From Eubacteriales bacterium (lineage in GTDB: Bacteria > Bacillota > Clostridia > Oscillospirales > CAG-272): 64,000 nt of DNA. The position numbers and the translations under genes are program-made. The DNA is taken from contig JAZNNR010000023.1 in NCBI GenBank assembly GCA_045580325.1, forward strand, positions 6,718-70,717, in the 5' to 3' direction. Each line of letters begins with the position of its first letter. Position 1 is the first letter of the stretch. The notes beneath the pieces are model-generated. The model ran no database searches and was not told the origin of the DNA. It saw nothing but the letters and a program-made list of their open reading frames with translations. Of this stretch, positions 19,081 to 27,904 are shown piece by piece.

Positions 19081-21456
19081 TTATTTCAGCTCAAGAACCT
19101 TATCCGTAATACCAAACTCGTCAGCAATGATCTTAACCCAGTTTTTCATCACTTCCCAGCTTGCCTTGCCTGTGAAAGCGTGGTTTTTGTACTCGCGCTC
19201 GCCGTCGCTCCAGCTTATTATCCAAAGCTCAGACTCCTCGCAGTTGTATATGCGCTGTACGAGAGAAGAAGAGTTCTTTTCCTGCGATACAGTTCCCGTA
19301 GCAAGCGTTCTGCTCTTGCCGCTCTGATCGTAAGCCTTTACGCTGTACGTGATCTTCTTATCACAAAGCGTATCGTTAAGAGCATATACAGACATTTCGC
19401 CGCCTGCCGTTGTTCTTACGGCAGCAAGGGCAAATTCCTGCTGTGATTTTTCTATCCAGAAGTAGGGAAGCTTGGGATCGAGCTTATAGTCCATAACCGA
19501 ATAGTTGAACGCCATGGGCCACATATCGCAGAGCGACCACCAGATAACGCCCGTCTTGTCCCATCTTACCGTTCTGCAGTATTCGATAGCGTCCTTGTAG
19601 CTTTCTGCGCAGATAAGGTTTATTGCAAGCGTGTAGTCCTTCCACTCGTCAAAGGAAAAATCGCGTCCGAAGAAGTGCATACACTGATTTTTGCCCGTGT
19701 TTCTCCAAGCGGTGAAATATCCGTCGTTCTGATGTGTGAAGTTGCTGTCGAGCCAAGGGCTGTCCCAAAGACGCTCCATTCTTGACTTTTCTTTGTCATA
19801 AGCGTACTCGCTGTTTGAGATCGAGCAGATCGGACCGGGCGCGATCTCGCCGAACATTCTGTTTTTTGCTCCGCGAAGCGCCCACTCAAACGCGTCGGGA
19901 GTAACGTAGAAGTGAAGCTCTGACGGGGAAATTATACCCTTGTCTGTCTTTACCGTAAAGGTGCGCTCGTCCTTTTCCTTGCCGCTTACCTGACGGTCTA
20001 TGTGGATTATATCGGGTGTTATGGGCGAGCTGTCAAGATAGAAGCGGTAGGGGTCAAATCTTACTACGATATTAGGAAGGATCTTACGTGTGATAGCTAC
20101 CTGAGAGGGAAGTATCTTAGAGAGGGGCTGTACCCACTCAATACATCTGTCAGCCTCGTTGTCGCCGCACCAAAGTGCAAGACAGGTGTAGTTGCGGTAT
20201 TTTTTGATTATCTGCTCGGCTTCTTTTGCAACGAGTCTGCCGTACTCTTCGTCCATTGAAGGAATTTCACAAGCGAACATAAAGTCCTGCCATACCATAA
20301 TTCCGTGAGCGTCGCAGTAGTCGAAGAACGCCTTGTCCTCGTACATACCGCCGCCCCAGATCCTTACCATATTGCAATTGAGCTTTGTAATCTCACTCAG
20401 CGCGGCAAGAGATCTCGTTTTCTTGTCTGCCTCGCTTGTAAAGGGATCAAGCGGCTTCCAGCTTGTACCGCGCAAAAATACCTTTTCGCCGTTTACCTTG
20501 AATATAAATTCGCCTTTTCCGTCCTCGTCTATCATCGCGGTATGCTCTATGTTTATCACACGAAGACCGATCTTCTGCGTGTAAAGTGCAACGCTTTCGC
20601 CGTCCTCGAGCATTTCGATTTTGAGATCGTAAAGCCTCGGATCACCAAATCCGCTCGGCCACCAAAGCTCTACCTTGTGGCGCGGGATTCCGAACATTAC
20701 AAAGCCCTGAACGAAAACGGCATTGTAGTCGGTACGCTCAACGAGTCTGTCGCCGTCGAAAAGGGATACGCGCAGAGTGTGGTTTGTGAGGAGCTTTGTA
20801 GGTGTCTGATACTGATAGCCAACGCTAACAACTACGTAGTCGTCGCGCACGTCGTTTGTATAAACGTACATATCCTCAAAGCGCTTCGGGGGAAGGTCCT
20901 CAATATATACGTCGCGGATTATACCCGTGGTAATGATACGCGGAGCGTTGTCCCAGCCCCAGTGATGACGTGTCTTTCTTATGTTTACCTGTGAATCGAA
21001 ATGACCCTTAAGGCTCTGCGGTCTGCTGAACTGATCGTGAGGGTGCTTGCGCGCCCAAAGATCAATACTGCGGATAACGACCTTGAGCTCGTTCCCTACG
21101 GGTCTGAGATCTACCTCGTAGCGATAGGTCATATGCATATCCTCGGTATTTCCGAGCTTTTCGCCGTTGAGATATATCTCGGCAAGAGTGTCTATACCTT
21201 CAAATACGAGATTTCTCGTATAACCCGCAGGAAGCTCGGGTGCGTCGAATACAGTTGTGTACGTCCAGTCGTCAACAGTTTCGAATTTTGCTGTTACAAA
21301 GTTGTGCTCGGCGGGCATATAGTCGTCGCAAAGTCCCATTTCCTTGAGAGTGGGCTCGACGTTGCTCGGCACGTGGACTGTTGTGTTGTACGCTTTGTCA
21401 TCGAGTGTGAAATCGAGATTCCAGGTGCCGTTTAATGAGTGAATCCTTTTATCCAT
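19081..21456 (-). CDS. Glycoside hydrolase family 2, beta-mannosidase-like (paralog B), no signal peptide
   Basis: Same length (791 aa) as paralog A and colinear with it. Has IWGGGMYED, GIMVWQDFMFAC and WCGDNE motifs. Confidence 0.8.
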   Translation of the reverse strand: MDKRIHSLNGTWNLDFTLDDKAYNTTVHVPSNVEPTLKEMGLCDDYMPAEHNFVTAKFETVDDWTYTTVFDAPELPAGYTRNLVFEGIDTLAEIYLNGEKLGNTEDMHMTYRYEVDLRPVGNELKVVIRSIDLWARKHPHDQFSRPQSLKGHFDSQVNIRKTRHHWGWDNAPRIITTGIIRDVYIEDLPPKRFEDMYVYTNDVRDDYVVVSVGYQYQTPTKLLTNHTLRVSLFDGDRLVERTDYNAVFVQGFVMFGIPRHKVELWWPSGFGDPRLYDLKIEMLEDGESVALYTQKIGLRVINIEHTAMIDEDGKGEFIFKVNGEKVFLRGTSWKPLDPFTSEADKKTRSLAALSEITKLNCNMVRIWGGGMYEDKAFFDYCDAHGIMVWQDFMFACEIPSMDEEYGRLVAKEAEQIIKKYRNYTCLALWCGDNEADRCIEWVQPLSKILPSQVAITRKILPNIVVRFDPYRFYLDSSPITPDIIHIDRQVSGKEKDERTFTVKTDKGIISPSELHFYVTPDAFEWALRGAKNRMFGEIAPGPICSISNSEYAYDKEKSRMERLWDSPWLDSNFTHQNDGYFTAWRNTGKNQCMHFFGRDFSFDEWKDYTLAINLICAESYKDAIEYCRTVRWDKTGVIWWSLCDMWPMAFNYSVMDYKLDPKLPYFWIEKSQQEFALAAVRTTAGGEMSVYALNDTLCDKKITYSVKAYDQSGKSRTLATGTVSQEKNSSSLVQRIYNCEESELWIISWSDGEREYKNHAFTGKASWEVMKNWVKIIADEFGITDKVLELK

Positions 21457-21482
21457 AATTAAACCTCCGAAAATATGATAGC

Positions 21483-22310
21483 TTATGCTTTTCCTGCACA
21501 GCCGAAGAGTATCATTTTGTTGATAACTGCTTCCTTCATAGCCTTTACCTTTGCGTTTCTCATTTCGAGATAGCTGCCCTCAAAGCTCTTTACGCTGTTG
21601 TATCCCGCTACGCAAAGATCGGTGAAGATGTTTACCTTTGCGATTCCGTTTGCGATAGTGTTTCTGAAATCGTCGTCAGAAAGTCCCGAGCCGCCGTGAA
21701 GAACGAGGGGCGTGTCGATAGCTGCGTGAATATCGGCAAGACGCTTGATATCGAGCTTCGGTTTTGTTTTGTATGCTCCGTGAGCTGTGCCGATAGCGAC
21801 TGCAAGAGCGTCAACTCCTGTCGCCTTAACGAAGCTCATAGCCTCTTCGGGAGAGGTGTACATATCGTCGGTTTCTCCGTCGCCTGCGTCAGCATTGCCA
21901 ACGTGGCCGATCTCGCCCTCGACAGATGCACCGAAGCTGTGAGCGATCTTTACTATCTCGCGTGTTGCGGCAAGATTTTCCTTTTCATCGCCTGCCGAGC
22001 CGTCGAACATTATGCTCGAAAACCCAAGCTTTAAAGCCTCCATACAGCGATCAAAGGTCAGGCCGTGATCGTAGTGAACGACAACGGGAACAGACGCGCG
22101 CTTTGCGGCGGCGATAACCGAGGGAGCGATAAGAGAAAGCTCACCGTAGGGAAGAAGGATCTCCGCTGTACCTATAACGATAGGAGAGCGTGTTTCCTCT
22201 GCTGCCGAAATAGCCGCCTCGAGCATATCAGAGTCGGTCGTGTTGAAAAGTCCTACTGCGTAGTGTCCAGCCTGCGCTGCGGGTAAAATATCATTAAGAG
22301 TTACTAACAT
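21483..22310 (-). CDS. Class II ketose-bisphosphate aldolase (fructose/tagatose-1,6-bisphosphate aldolase family)
   Basis: VVHYDHG and LVLHGGSG motifs, 275 aa, FbaA/GatY/KbaY-like. Confidence 0.85.
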   Translation of the reverse strand: MLVTLNDILPAAQAGHYAVGLFNTTDSDMLEAAISAAEETRSPIVIGTAEILLPYGELSLIAPSVIAAAKRASVPVVVHYDHGLTFDRCMEALKLGFSSIMFDGSAGDEKENLAATREIVKIAHSFGASVEGEIGHVGNADAGDGETDDMYTSPEEAMSFVKATGVDALAVAIGTAHGAYKTKPKLDIKRLADIHAAIDTPLVLHGGSGLSDDDFRNTIANGIAKVNIFTDLCVAGYNSVKSFEGSYLEMRNAKVKAMKEAVINKMILFGCAGKA

Positions 22311-22348
22311 TTTATATTATTCCTTTCGTAAAAAACGTTATTTACGGC

Positions 22349-22885
22349 TTAGTCTTCTATCTTCGTTTCGCGTGCGATACGAGGGTCTGTGAACTTGTCG
22401 GTTTCGTCCGTACTGCGTGTTGAAAATTCGGAAATTACAGCGCCGTTTTCGCCTGCCTGAAACCAGTGGAGCGTTTCGGGATAGATGGTGTACTGCTCGC
22501 CGGGGTTCAGTATGACCTCGTGGAAAACACTTACGTCAGTGCTCGGGATCTTTCCTTCGATCTTGTCCTTGGCACCCTCGCCCTCAACGTAGAGATATAC
22601 CTTTCCGTAACGGCAGCGGAATGTTTCTTCCTTGCCGAGCATACCGCTTGTCGGTACGTGCTTGTGCTCGGGGCAGGTCTGATAAGGGAAAAGGACCATT
22701 TCCTTCGCGCATACTCTATCGGTGTTTATGTAGGTAAGTATCTGAAGTCCGATTTCTTCGACCCTGTCAAGTCCGAAATCGGCAACCTCAATGCGCCCTT
22801 TTTCACCGTCGTTTAATATAATTCCTGCTTTTTCATACATTTCAAGAGCGGATTTTACCATAATATTGTAAGTTTCGCGTTTCAT
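22349..22885 (-). CDS. D-lyxose/D-mannose family sugar isomerase (cupin)
   Basis: CPEHKH...KEETFRCRYGKVYLYVEG...LHWFQAG matches the YdaE-type lyxose isomerase signature. Confidence 0.8.
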   Translation of the reverse strand: MKRETYNIMVKSALEMYEKAGIILNDGEKGRIEVADFGLDRVEEIGLQILTYINTDRVCAKEMVLFPYQTCPEHKHVPTSGMLGKEETFRCRYGKVYLYVEGEGAKDKIEGKIPSTDVSVFHEVILNPGEQYTIYPETLHWFQAGENGAVISEFSTRSTDETDKFTDPRIARETKIED

Positions 22886-22916
22886 TTAAAAATCTCCTTT
22901 CAAATGGTTGATATAC

Positions 22917-24125
22917 TTAGATTCTTCCGTATTTCGCCGGAAGCTGCATTATTTCGTTGCGTGTGAGCATTCCGTCAACCGAGTTGTCGGCAAAAAGATT
23001 GCACGCCGCGGCGGCAGAAGCAAATTCAAGTATCTGTCTGTTAGTATATCCTTGGTAAATTCCGTACAGAGCACCCGCGCAGAATGCATCGCCCGCGCCT
23101 ACGCTGCCGAGGATCTTTTCCTTGGGGATCTTAAGAGAGGGAATTTCGCAGAATTCAGAATTTACGCAGTCGAGAATGAAGCACATTTCCTTTGCGTGAA
23201 CGATAACCTTGTCGCGCACACCCGCCTTTGCCATCTTTTCCATAGCAAGACGGACGTTTTTGCGGTTTATGCTTCCGTCTGTATTTCGGGGACTCAGATT
23301 CCAGGTAGCAGTTGACTCTATTTCGTTCATTATCGCATAGTTTGAATATTTCAGCGAGGGAATTATTTTCTCGCCGTAATTGTCAATATTTGCGCTGACC
23401 GCGTCAATAGAGGTCTTTATGCCCTTTGCCTGAACGTCGTGCAGAAAACGCGCCATTACCGTGCCGTATTTTTCGTCGGGAGCGTCAAATTTGTCGAGAA
23501 GCATTATGTAGCCGATGTGGAATATCGCGTAGTTGTTAGAGGTAAGTTCAATATCCTTAGGTTCAAACTCGGTGTTTGCACCGCTCTGATGGAAAAAGGT
23601 ACGCTCACCCGAAGGCATACTCATAACGTCCGAAAAGCTTGTTTCTATCGAGGACGAGTAGCTTATACCCTCTGTGTTTATGCCGTATTTCTGGAGCTGT
23701 GCGATCACGTAACGTCCGTTGTCGTCCATACCGAGCTTGCCGAAGACCGAAATAGGAACGCTCTGGTCGATCTTAGCAAGGTCGATAGAGGTGTTTGGCG
23801 CACAGCCGCCGACCGCCTTTGATATGTGAGAAATATTTGAAAGAGTGCCGATAGCAGGGTAGCAGTCGATAGTTTTAACGATATCAACGAGCATATTTCC
23901 TGCGATGGCGATACCCTTCTTCTCGCCGTTCATAAGATAGTCGATAGTTACACCGAAAATTTCTGCAAGCACGGGAAACAGAACGATGTCGGGGTATCCC
24001 TGTCCGTTTTCCCACTTGCTTACTGCCTTGTCGCTTACGCCGAGCTGCTCGGCAAGAGCGGACTGTGTCATTTTGTTCTTTTTTCGTAGAGCGGCAATAG
24101 TTTTGCCTATACTGTAAGTATCCAT
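22917..24125 (-). CDS. Fusion protein: N-terminal XRE-type HTH plus PfkB-family carbohydrate kinase
   Basis: MDTYSIGKTIAALRKKNKMTQSALAEQLGVSDKAVSKWENG (HTH_3), then a ribokinase-fold domain ending in the GAGDAFCAG PfkB signature. The ATG at 24125 has a GGAGAGAG SD. The ORF-track start at 24245 adds 40 low-complexity residues. Confidence 0.8.
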   Translation of the reverse strand: MDTYSIGKTIAALRKKNKMTQSALAEQLGVSDKAVSKWENGQGYPDIVLFPVLAEIFGVTIDYLMNGEKKGIAIAGNMLVDIVKTIDCYPAIGTLSNISHISKAVGGCAPNTSIDLAKIDQSVPISVFGKLGMDDNGRYVIAQLQKYGINTEGISYSSSIETSFSDVMSMPSGERTFFHQSGANTEFEPKDIELTSNNYAIFHIGYIMLLDKFDAPDEKYGTVMARFLHDVQAKGIKTSIDAVSANIDNYGEKIIPSLKYSNYAIMNEIESTATWNLSPRNTDGSINRKNVRLAMEKMAKAGVRDKVIVHAKEMCFILDCVNSEFCEIPSLKIPKEKILGSVGAGDAFCAGALYGIYQGYTNRQILEFASAAAACNLFADNSVDGMLTRNEIMQLPAKYGRI

Positions 24126-24234
24126 TGAATCTCTCTCCACAGTGTTTATTTGGTTTACTGTATATATTTTATCATAAATTTTCACAAAAGTAAACCTACT
24201 TGATGAAGAGAAAATATCAAAAATGCCGATATAA

Positions 24235-24266
24235 AAAGAGTCCACTCTACTGTTAGTAGAGTGGAC
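24235..24266 (-). terminator. Terminator after the 144-aa ORF
   Basis: gtccactctac-tgtta-gtagagtggac stem-loop, followed on the minus strand by ctcttttta. Confidence 0.7.
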
Positions 24267-24303
24267 GTGGGTGTGATGGGAAAGATTTAAAGACTAACTA
24301 TGT

Positions 24304-24738
24304 TTAATTTTCTTTGTCGTTAATGACTTTTTTGGTTTCCGCGCTTTGAATATCGTCGTACATCTTTTCATACATTTTAAGCATTTTGAGAAGTGTCAGT
24401 TCTCTTGTGTTAAAAACATCGCAAATTTCGGAAATTTGCTCAAAGCGAGCCTCGCAATCTTCGCCCTCGAGTGATGAAAGCGCATCTCCAAGATGATGCA
24501 AGGATGTCTGGCTGTTTTCTGTAAGCTGCTTTTGTAATATGGTAAGCTGTACGAATATTTCTTTTGCGGTTAATTTATTTTCTTCCATTTTTTCTTCCTC
24601 CAAAATTTTATCAGGAGGACACGCAAGGCATATTTTATTTTCACCTACGAAGCGCGCCCTTCCGTTTTTTACAAGACCTTTTGCCCGTTTCGGGTAGGTC
24701 GCTTCATATTCATTTCCTTGCTCATCAATAACAATCAC
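24304..24738 (-). CDS. Hypothetical protein (144 aa)
   Basis: Open frame with a GTG start and no obvious SD. The N-terminus YPKRAKGLVKNGRARFV...CLACPP is followed by a predicted helical C-terminal half. No family recognised. Confidence 0.5.
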   Translation of the reverse strand: MIVIDEQGNEYEATYPKRAKGLVKNGRARFVGENKICLACPPDKILEEEKMEENKLTAKEIFVQLTILQKQLTENSQTSLHHLGDALSSLEGEDCEARFEQISEICDVFNTRELTLLKMLKMYEKMYDDIQSAETKKVINDKEN

Positions 24739-24832
24739 GTTTTTTTCTATGGGTGTCGCCCCCTTTTGTTTTGATTTGCATTTTAGCTAATGTCGTTTTT
24801 TGTTATGGGTACCGTCCCCGATTAGCAATTAT

Positions 24833-24861
24833 ATTATAACATAAACACAGCGGTTTGTCAA
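24833..24861 (-). promoter_or_regulatory. Sigma-70-type promoter for the 144-aa ORF
   Basis: On the minus strand: TTGACA (24861..24856), 17-nt spacer, TATAAT (24838..24833), with TGT upstream of the -10. Confidence 0.6.
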
Positions 24862-24921
24862 TACAAAATAAGAATTTACGAAACAAGCATTTCACAAATT
24901 CCGTAAGGGATTTATTTCGTT

Positions 24922-24952
24922 AAAAAAGCCTTGCAATCGCAAGGCTTTTTTT
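24922..24952. terminator. Bidirectional terminator next to tRNA-Arg
   Basis: aaaaaagccttgc-aat-cgcaaggcttttttt. Confidence 0.75.
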
Positions 24953-24953
24953 A

Positions 24954-25025
24954 CACCCGCAACAGGAATCGAACCTGTAACTATCCCTTAGGAGGGGATT
25001 GTTATATCCATTTAACTATGCAGGC
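24954..25025 (-). tRNA. tRNA-Arg (anticodon CCT)
   Basis: The reverse complement folds as GCCTGCA-TA-GTTA-AATGGATA-TAAC-A-ATCCC-CTCCTAA-GGGAT-AGTT-ACAGG-TTCGATT-CCTGT-TGCGGGT-G. That is 72 nt, a cloverleaf with two G:U pairs in the acceptor stem. CCA is not encoded. Confidence 0.85.
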
Positions 25026-25247
25026 AAATATAAAATACTACATAACTATAACACAAAACGGGCGCGTTTTCAAGGGCTTTTTGCATTTTTCAAGAATTTT
25101 TTGTTTAAAACATTTATTAAATGCCTGTTAAATGTTTGAAAATTCGGAGTTTTGGTGTTATTTTACTATTGAATTTTTTTTTATAATGGTATATAATAAA
25201 TCAGTTATGAAAACTCGGTTCATTTTAATTATGCAGGAGGTGTGCTT

Positions 25248-26399
25248 ATGTCTTTTCTCAAAGGATTTATTCCGTCGCTGATAATATCGTTTTTGGCGTT
25301 CTCGCTGATAATACTGTACGGCGGCTCGTTTGCTCTTTCGCTTATAGAAGAAAAGGAAAATAATATTTTGGACGATGACGACATAAGCGGAATAATATCA
25401 AATAACGGCACGTCTGTAAACACAGTACAGGACACCTTCTCGTTTGCACTTGTAATAACCGATGATATTCCTCAAAACGAAGAGGACGAAGGGGACGAAG
25501 AGGACTCGGATACAGAAAACGGCGAAAACGGCGAAAACGCTGAAAACGGCGAAGGTACAGACACCGACACCGATACAGATATGGGCACGGACACAGAAAC
25601 TGACACCGACACAGATACAGATACAGATACAGATACAGACAATTCGCAAACCCCCGGATTTGTGCAGGATTTTGAAAATATACTCGCCGGCGATGCTGTA
25701 AAGATCAGAAGCGAAATCAAGTTTATATGTGTTGTTCATATAAATAAGACGGCAGGGAAATCCTTTATTACTGTAATACCAGGAAACAGTATTGCAAAAA
25801 TCGGCGGAGTTGAGATGTCTCTTTCTCACGCTTTGTACTTTGCAGATACGGGACTGCTCGGAGAAGAGGACTTTATTTCTGCCACTGTTGTTGCAAGCAC
25901 AGGAATTATTCCCGATTTTTACGGAAACGTGGATATTGACGATTTCGTAGCACTCGCTGACATTCTCGGCGACCTCAAATATGATAATGAGTACAGAATC
26001 ACAACAGAGCTTGAAGATGAAAATGAAAAGGTAACAGTTCCTATCGGAACGGTAGAACTTACGGGAGAAACCTTAAAAGCGCTTCTCACGTATGAAGAAT
26101 ATCCCGATAAAAACATTCCCTATCAGGTACTTATAGACATTTCGCAGACAATGCTTGACAGTATATGTAAGCAGTTTAAGCCCAATATTATATCGAAGGT
26201 CAGAAGTATGCTTAAATATGTTGAAACTGACTTTACAGCAAGCGATATGAATAGAGTTTCATCGGTGTTTTTCAGCTATGAGGACTCGCAAAAGACTGCT
26301 TTGCCTCTGCTAGGCGGCCATGAAAAAATAAACGACGCGTTTCTTTTCCGTATAAACAGTACGGCAAGCGTAAAGAAATTCAAAGAGTTTTTAAATTAA
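25248..26399 (+). CDS. Membrane-anchored hypothetical protein with an acidic ENG/TD repeat linker
   Basis: AGGAGG SD 8 nt before the ATG at 25248. N-terminal TM helix, a low-complexity segment (EDEGDEEDSDTENGENGENAENGEGTDTDTD...), then a globular domain of about 250 aa. Family not recognised. Confidence 0.6.
   Translation: MSFLKGFIPSLIISFLAFSLIILYGGSFALSLIEEKENNILDDDDISGIISNNGTSVNTVQDTFSFALVITDDIPQNEEDEGDEEDSDTENGENGENAENGEGTDTDTDTDMGTDTETDTDTDTDTDTDTDNSQTPGFVQDFENILAGDAVKIRSEIKFICVVHINKTAGKSFITVIPGNSIAKIGGVEMSLSHALYFADTGLLGEEDFISATVVASTGIIPDFYGNVDIDDFVALADILGDLKYDNEYRITTELEDENEKVTVPIGTVELTGETLKALLTYEEYPDKNIPYQVLIDISQTMLDSICKQFKPNIISKVRSMLKYVETDFTASDMNRVSSVFFSYEDSQKTALPLLGGHEKINDAFLFRINSTASVKKFKEFLN
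25514..25640 (+). repeat. In-frame tandem repeats (9-nt gaaaacggc x about 4, then GAYACN hexamers x about 14)
   Basis: gaaaacggcgaaaacggcgaaaacgctgaaaacggc, followed by acagacaccgacaccgatacagat...gatacagatacagatacagatacagac. Confidence 0.85.
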
Positions 26400-26431
26400 A
26401 TTACTATATAAGCTTTTGAAAGGAAAAAACA

Positions 26432-27829
26432 ATGAACAACAGCGAAAAGACTATGGACAAGATAGTCGCCCTTTGTAAAAATCGCGGCATAATATATGCA
26501 GGAAGTGAAATTTACGGCGGACTTTCAAACTCGTGGGATTACGGTCCTCTCGGCGTAGAGCTCAAAAATAATGTTAAAAAGGCTTGGTGGAAGAAATTCG
26601 TTCAGGAATCTCCCTATAACGTAGGTCTTGACAGCGCAATTATTATGAACCCTCAGACATGGGTGGCGTCCGGACACCTCGCAGGATTTTCCGATCCTCT
26701 TATGGACTGTAAGGTTTGCCGCAGCCGCCACCGCGCAGATAAGCTTATCGAGGACTATATAAACGAAAAAGGACTTGACATCAACCCTAACGGCTGGAAC
26801 AGCGATCAGATGAGCGCATATATCAAGGAAAATCACATTTGCTGCCCCGATTGCGGAAGCGGTGATTTCACAGCTATACGTAAGTTCAACCTTATGTTCA
26901 AGACTTTTATCGGTGTTACCGAGGACAGCACAAACGAGGTATATCTCCGTCCCGAAACAGCACAGGGTATTTTTGTAAACTTCAAGAATATTCAGCGCTC
27001 TTCCCGTAAGAAGGTGCCTTTCGGTGTTGCACAGATCGGTAAGTCCTTCAGAAATGAGATAACTCCCGGAAACTTCGTTTTCCGTACACGTGAATTTGAA
27101 CAGATGGAGCTTGAATTCTTCTGTAAGCCGGGCACAGACCTCGAATGGTTCGACTACTGGCGTTCTTACTGCAAGAACTTCCTTCTTAATCTCGGTATGA
27201 GAGAAGAAAATCTCCGTCTTCGCGACCACTCTCCCGAAGAGCTTTGCTTCTATTCCAAGGCTACAACAGACTTCGAATTCCTCTTCCCGTTCGGTTGGGG
27301 CGAGCTTTGGGGCGTTGCAGACCGTACAGACTATGACCTTACACAGCATATGAATACAAGCGGTCAGTCGCTCGAATATTTCGATCCCGAAACAAACGAA
27401 AAGTACATTCCTTACGTAATCGAGCCCTCGCTCGGTGCAGACCGTGTTCTTCTCGCATTCCTTTGCGATGCGTATGACGAAGAGATCGTTGATAGCGAAA
27501 AGAATGACGTCCGCGTAGTTCTTCACCTGCACCCCGCACTTGCACCCTTCAAGGCTGCAATTCTTCCTCTTTCCAAGAAGCTCACTCCCGATGCAGAAAA
27601 GCTCTTCGCTGATCTTGCAAAGGATTTCAGCGTTGACTTCGATGATGCGGGCTCTATCGGTAAGAGATATCGCCGTCAGGACGAGATCGGTACACCCTTC
27701 TGCATTACTTACGACTTTGATTCTCAGGAAGACGGCTGCGTAACAGTCCGCGACAGAGATACAATGGAGCAGATCCGTATACCTATGGCTGACGTTAAGG
27801 CTTATATCGCAAAGAAGCTTGAGTTTTAA
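26432..27829 (+). CDS. glyQS: Glycine--tRNA ligase (alpha2 dimeric type)
   Basis: [34 protein letters not shown] and RPETAQG motifs, class II core, 465 aa. Confidence 0.95.
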   Translation: MNNSEKTMDKIVALCKNRGIIYAGSEIYGGLSNSWDYGPLGVELKNNVKKAWWKKFVQESPYNVGLDSAIIMNPQTWVASGHLAGFSDPLMDCKVCRSRHRADKLIEDYINEKGLDINPNGWNSDQMSAYIKENHICCPDCGSGDFTAIRKFNLMFKTFIGVTEDSTNEVYLRPETAQGIFVNFKNIQRSSRKKVPFGVAQIGKSFRNEITPGNFVFRTREFEQMELEFFCKPGTDLEWFDYWRSYCKNFLLNLGMREENLRLRDHSPEELCFYSKATTDFEFLFPFGWGELWGVADRTDYDLTQHMNTSGQSLEYFDPETNEKYIPYVIEPSLGADRVLLAFLCDAYDEEIVDSEKNDVRVVLHLHPALAPFKAAILPLSKKLTPDAEKLFADLAKDFSVDFDDAGSIGKRYRRQDEIGTPFCITYDFDSQEDGCVTVRDRDTMEQIRIPMADVKAYIAKKLEF

Positions 27830-27850
27830 TTAGAATATTTTGTGATGATA

Positions 27851-27897
27851 CAAATTTCGGCAGAGGGATTGCTTCCTCTGCCGATTTGTGTTATAAT
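27851..27897 (+). repeat. Hairpin+promoter repeat, copy A
   Basis: caaatTTCGGCAGAGGgattgcttCCTCTGCCGAtttgtgtTATAAT. Stem 27857..27865 / 27876..27884. TTGCTT (27869..27874) sits in the loop, then a 17-nt spacer and TATAAT at 27892..27897. Confidence 0.85.
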
Positions 27898-27904
27898 GGG
27901 ATTA

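Noticed and set aside
24725-24781. 18-aa upstream ORF (MQIKTKGGDTHRKKRDCY) overlapping the GTG start of the 144-aa ORF
   Set aside because: It has no SD and no recognisable leader-peptide features. It cannot be distinguished from chance.
24731-24820. Tandem class I preQ1 riboswitch in the leader of the 144-aa ORF
   Set aside because: The ACCC + AUA + A-run + C layout resembles preQ1-I. However, the P1 helix would be only 2-3 bp, the conserved 5' strand is missing, and the downstream gene is not a queuosine or transport gene. It is kept only as a direct-repeat observation.
25556-25640. GATACA-type tandem repeats considered as a CRISPR array or phase-variation switch
   Set aside because: The 6-nt units have no spacers, so this is not CRISPR. 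The units are in frame inside a CDS, so slippage cannot switch the frame.
26400-26431. T-box leader expected upstream of glyQS
   Set aside because: Only about 30 nt separates glyQS from the upstream gene. The longer region 25026..25247 has no specifier-hairpin or T-box sequence that I can recognise.
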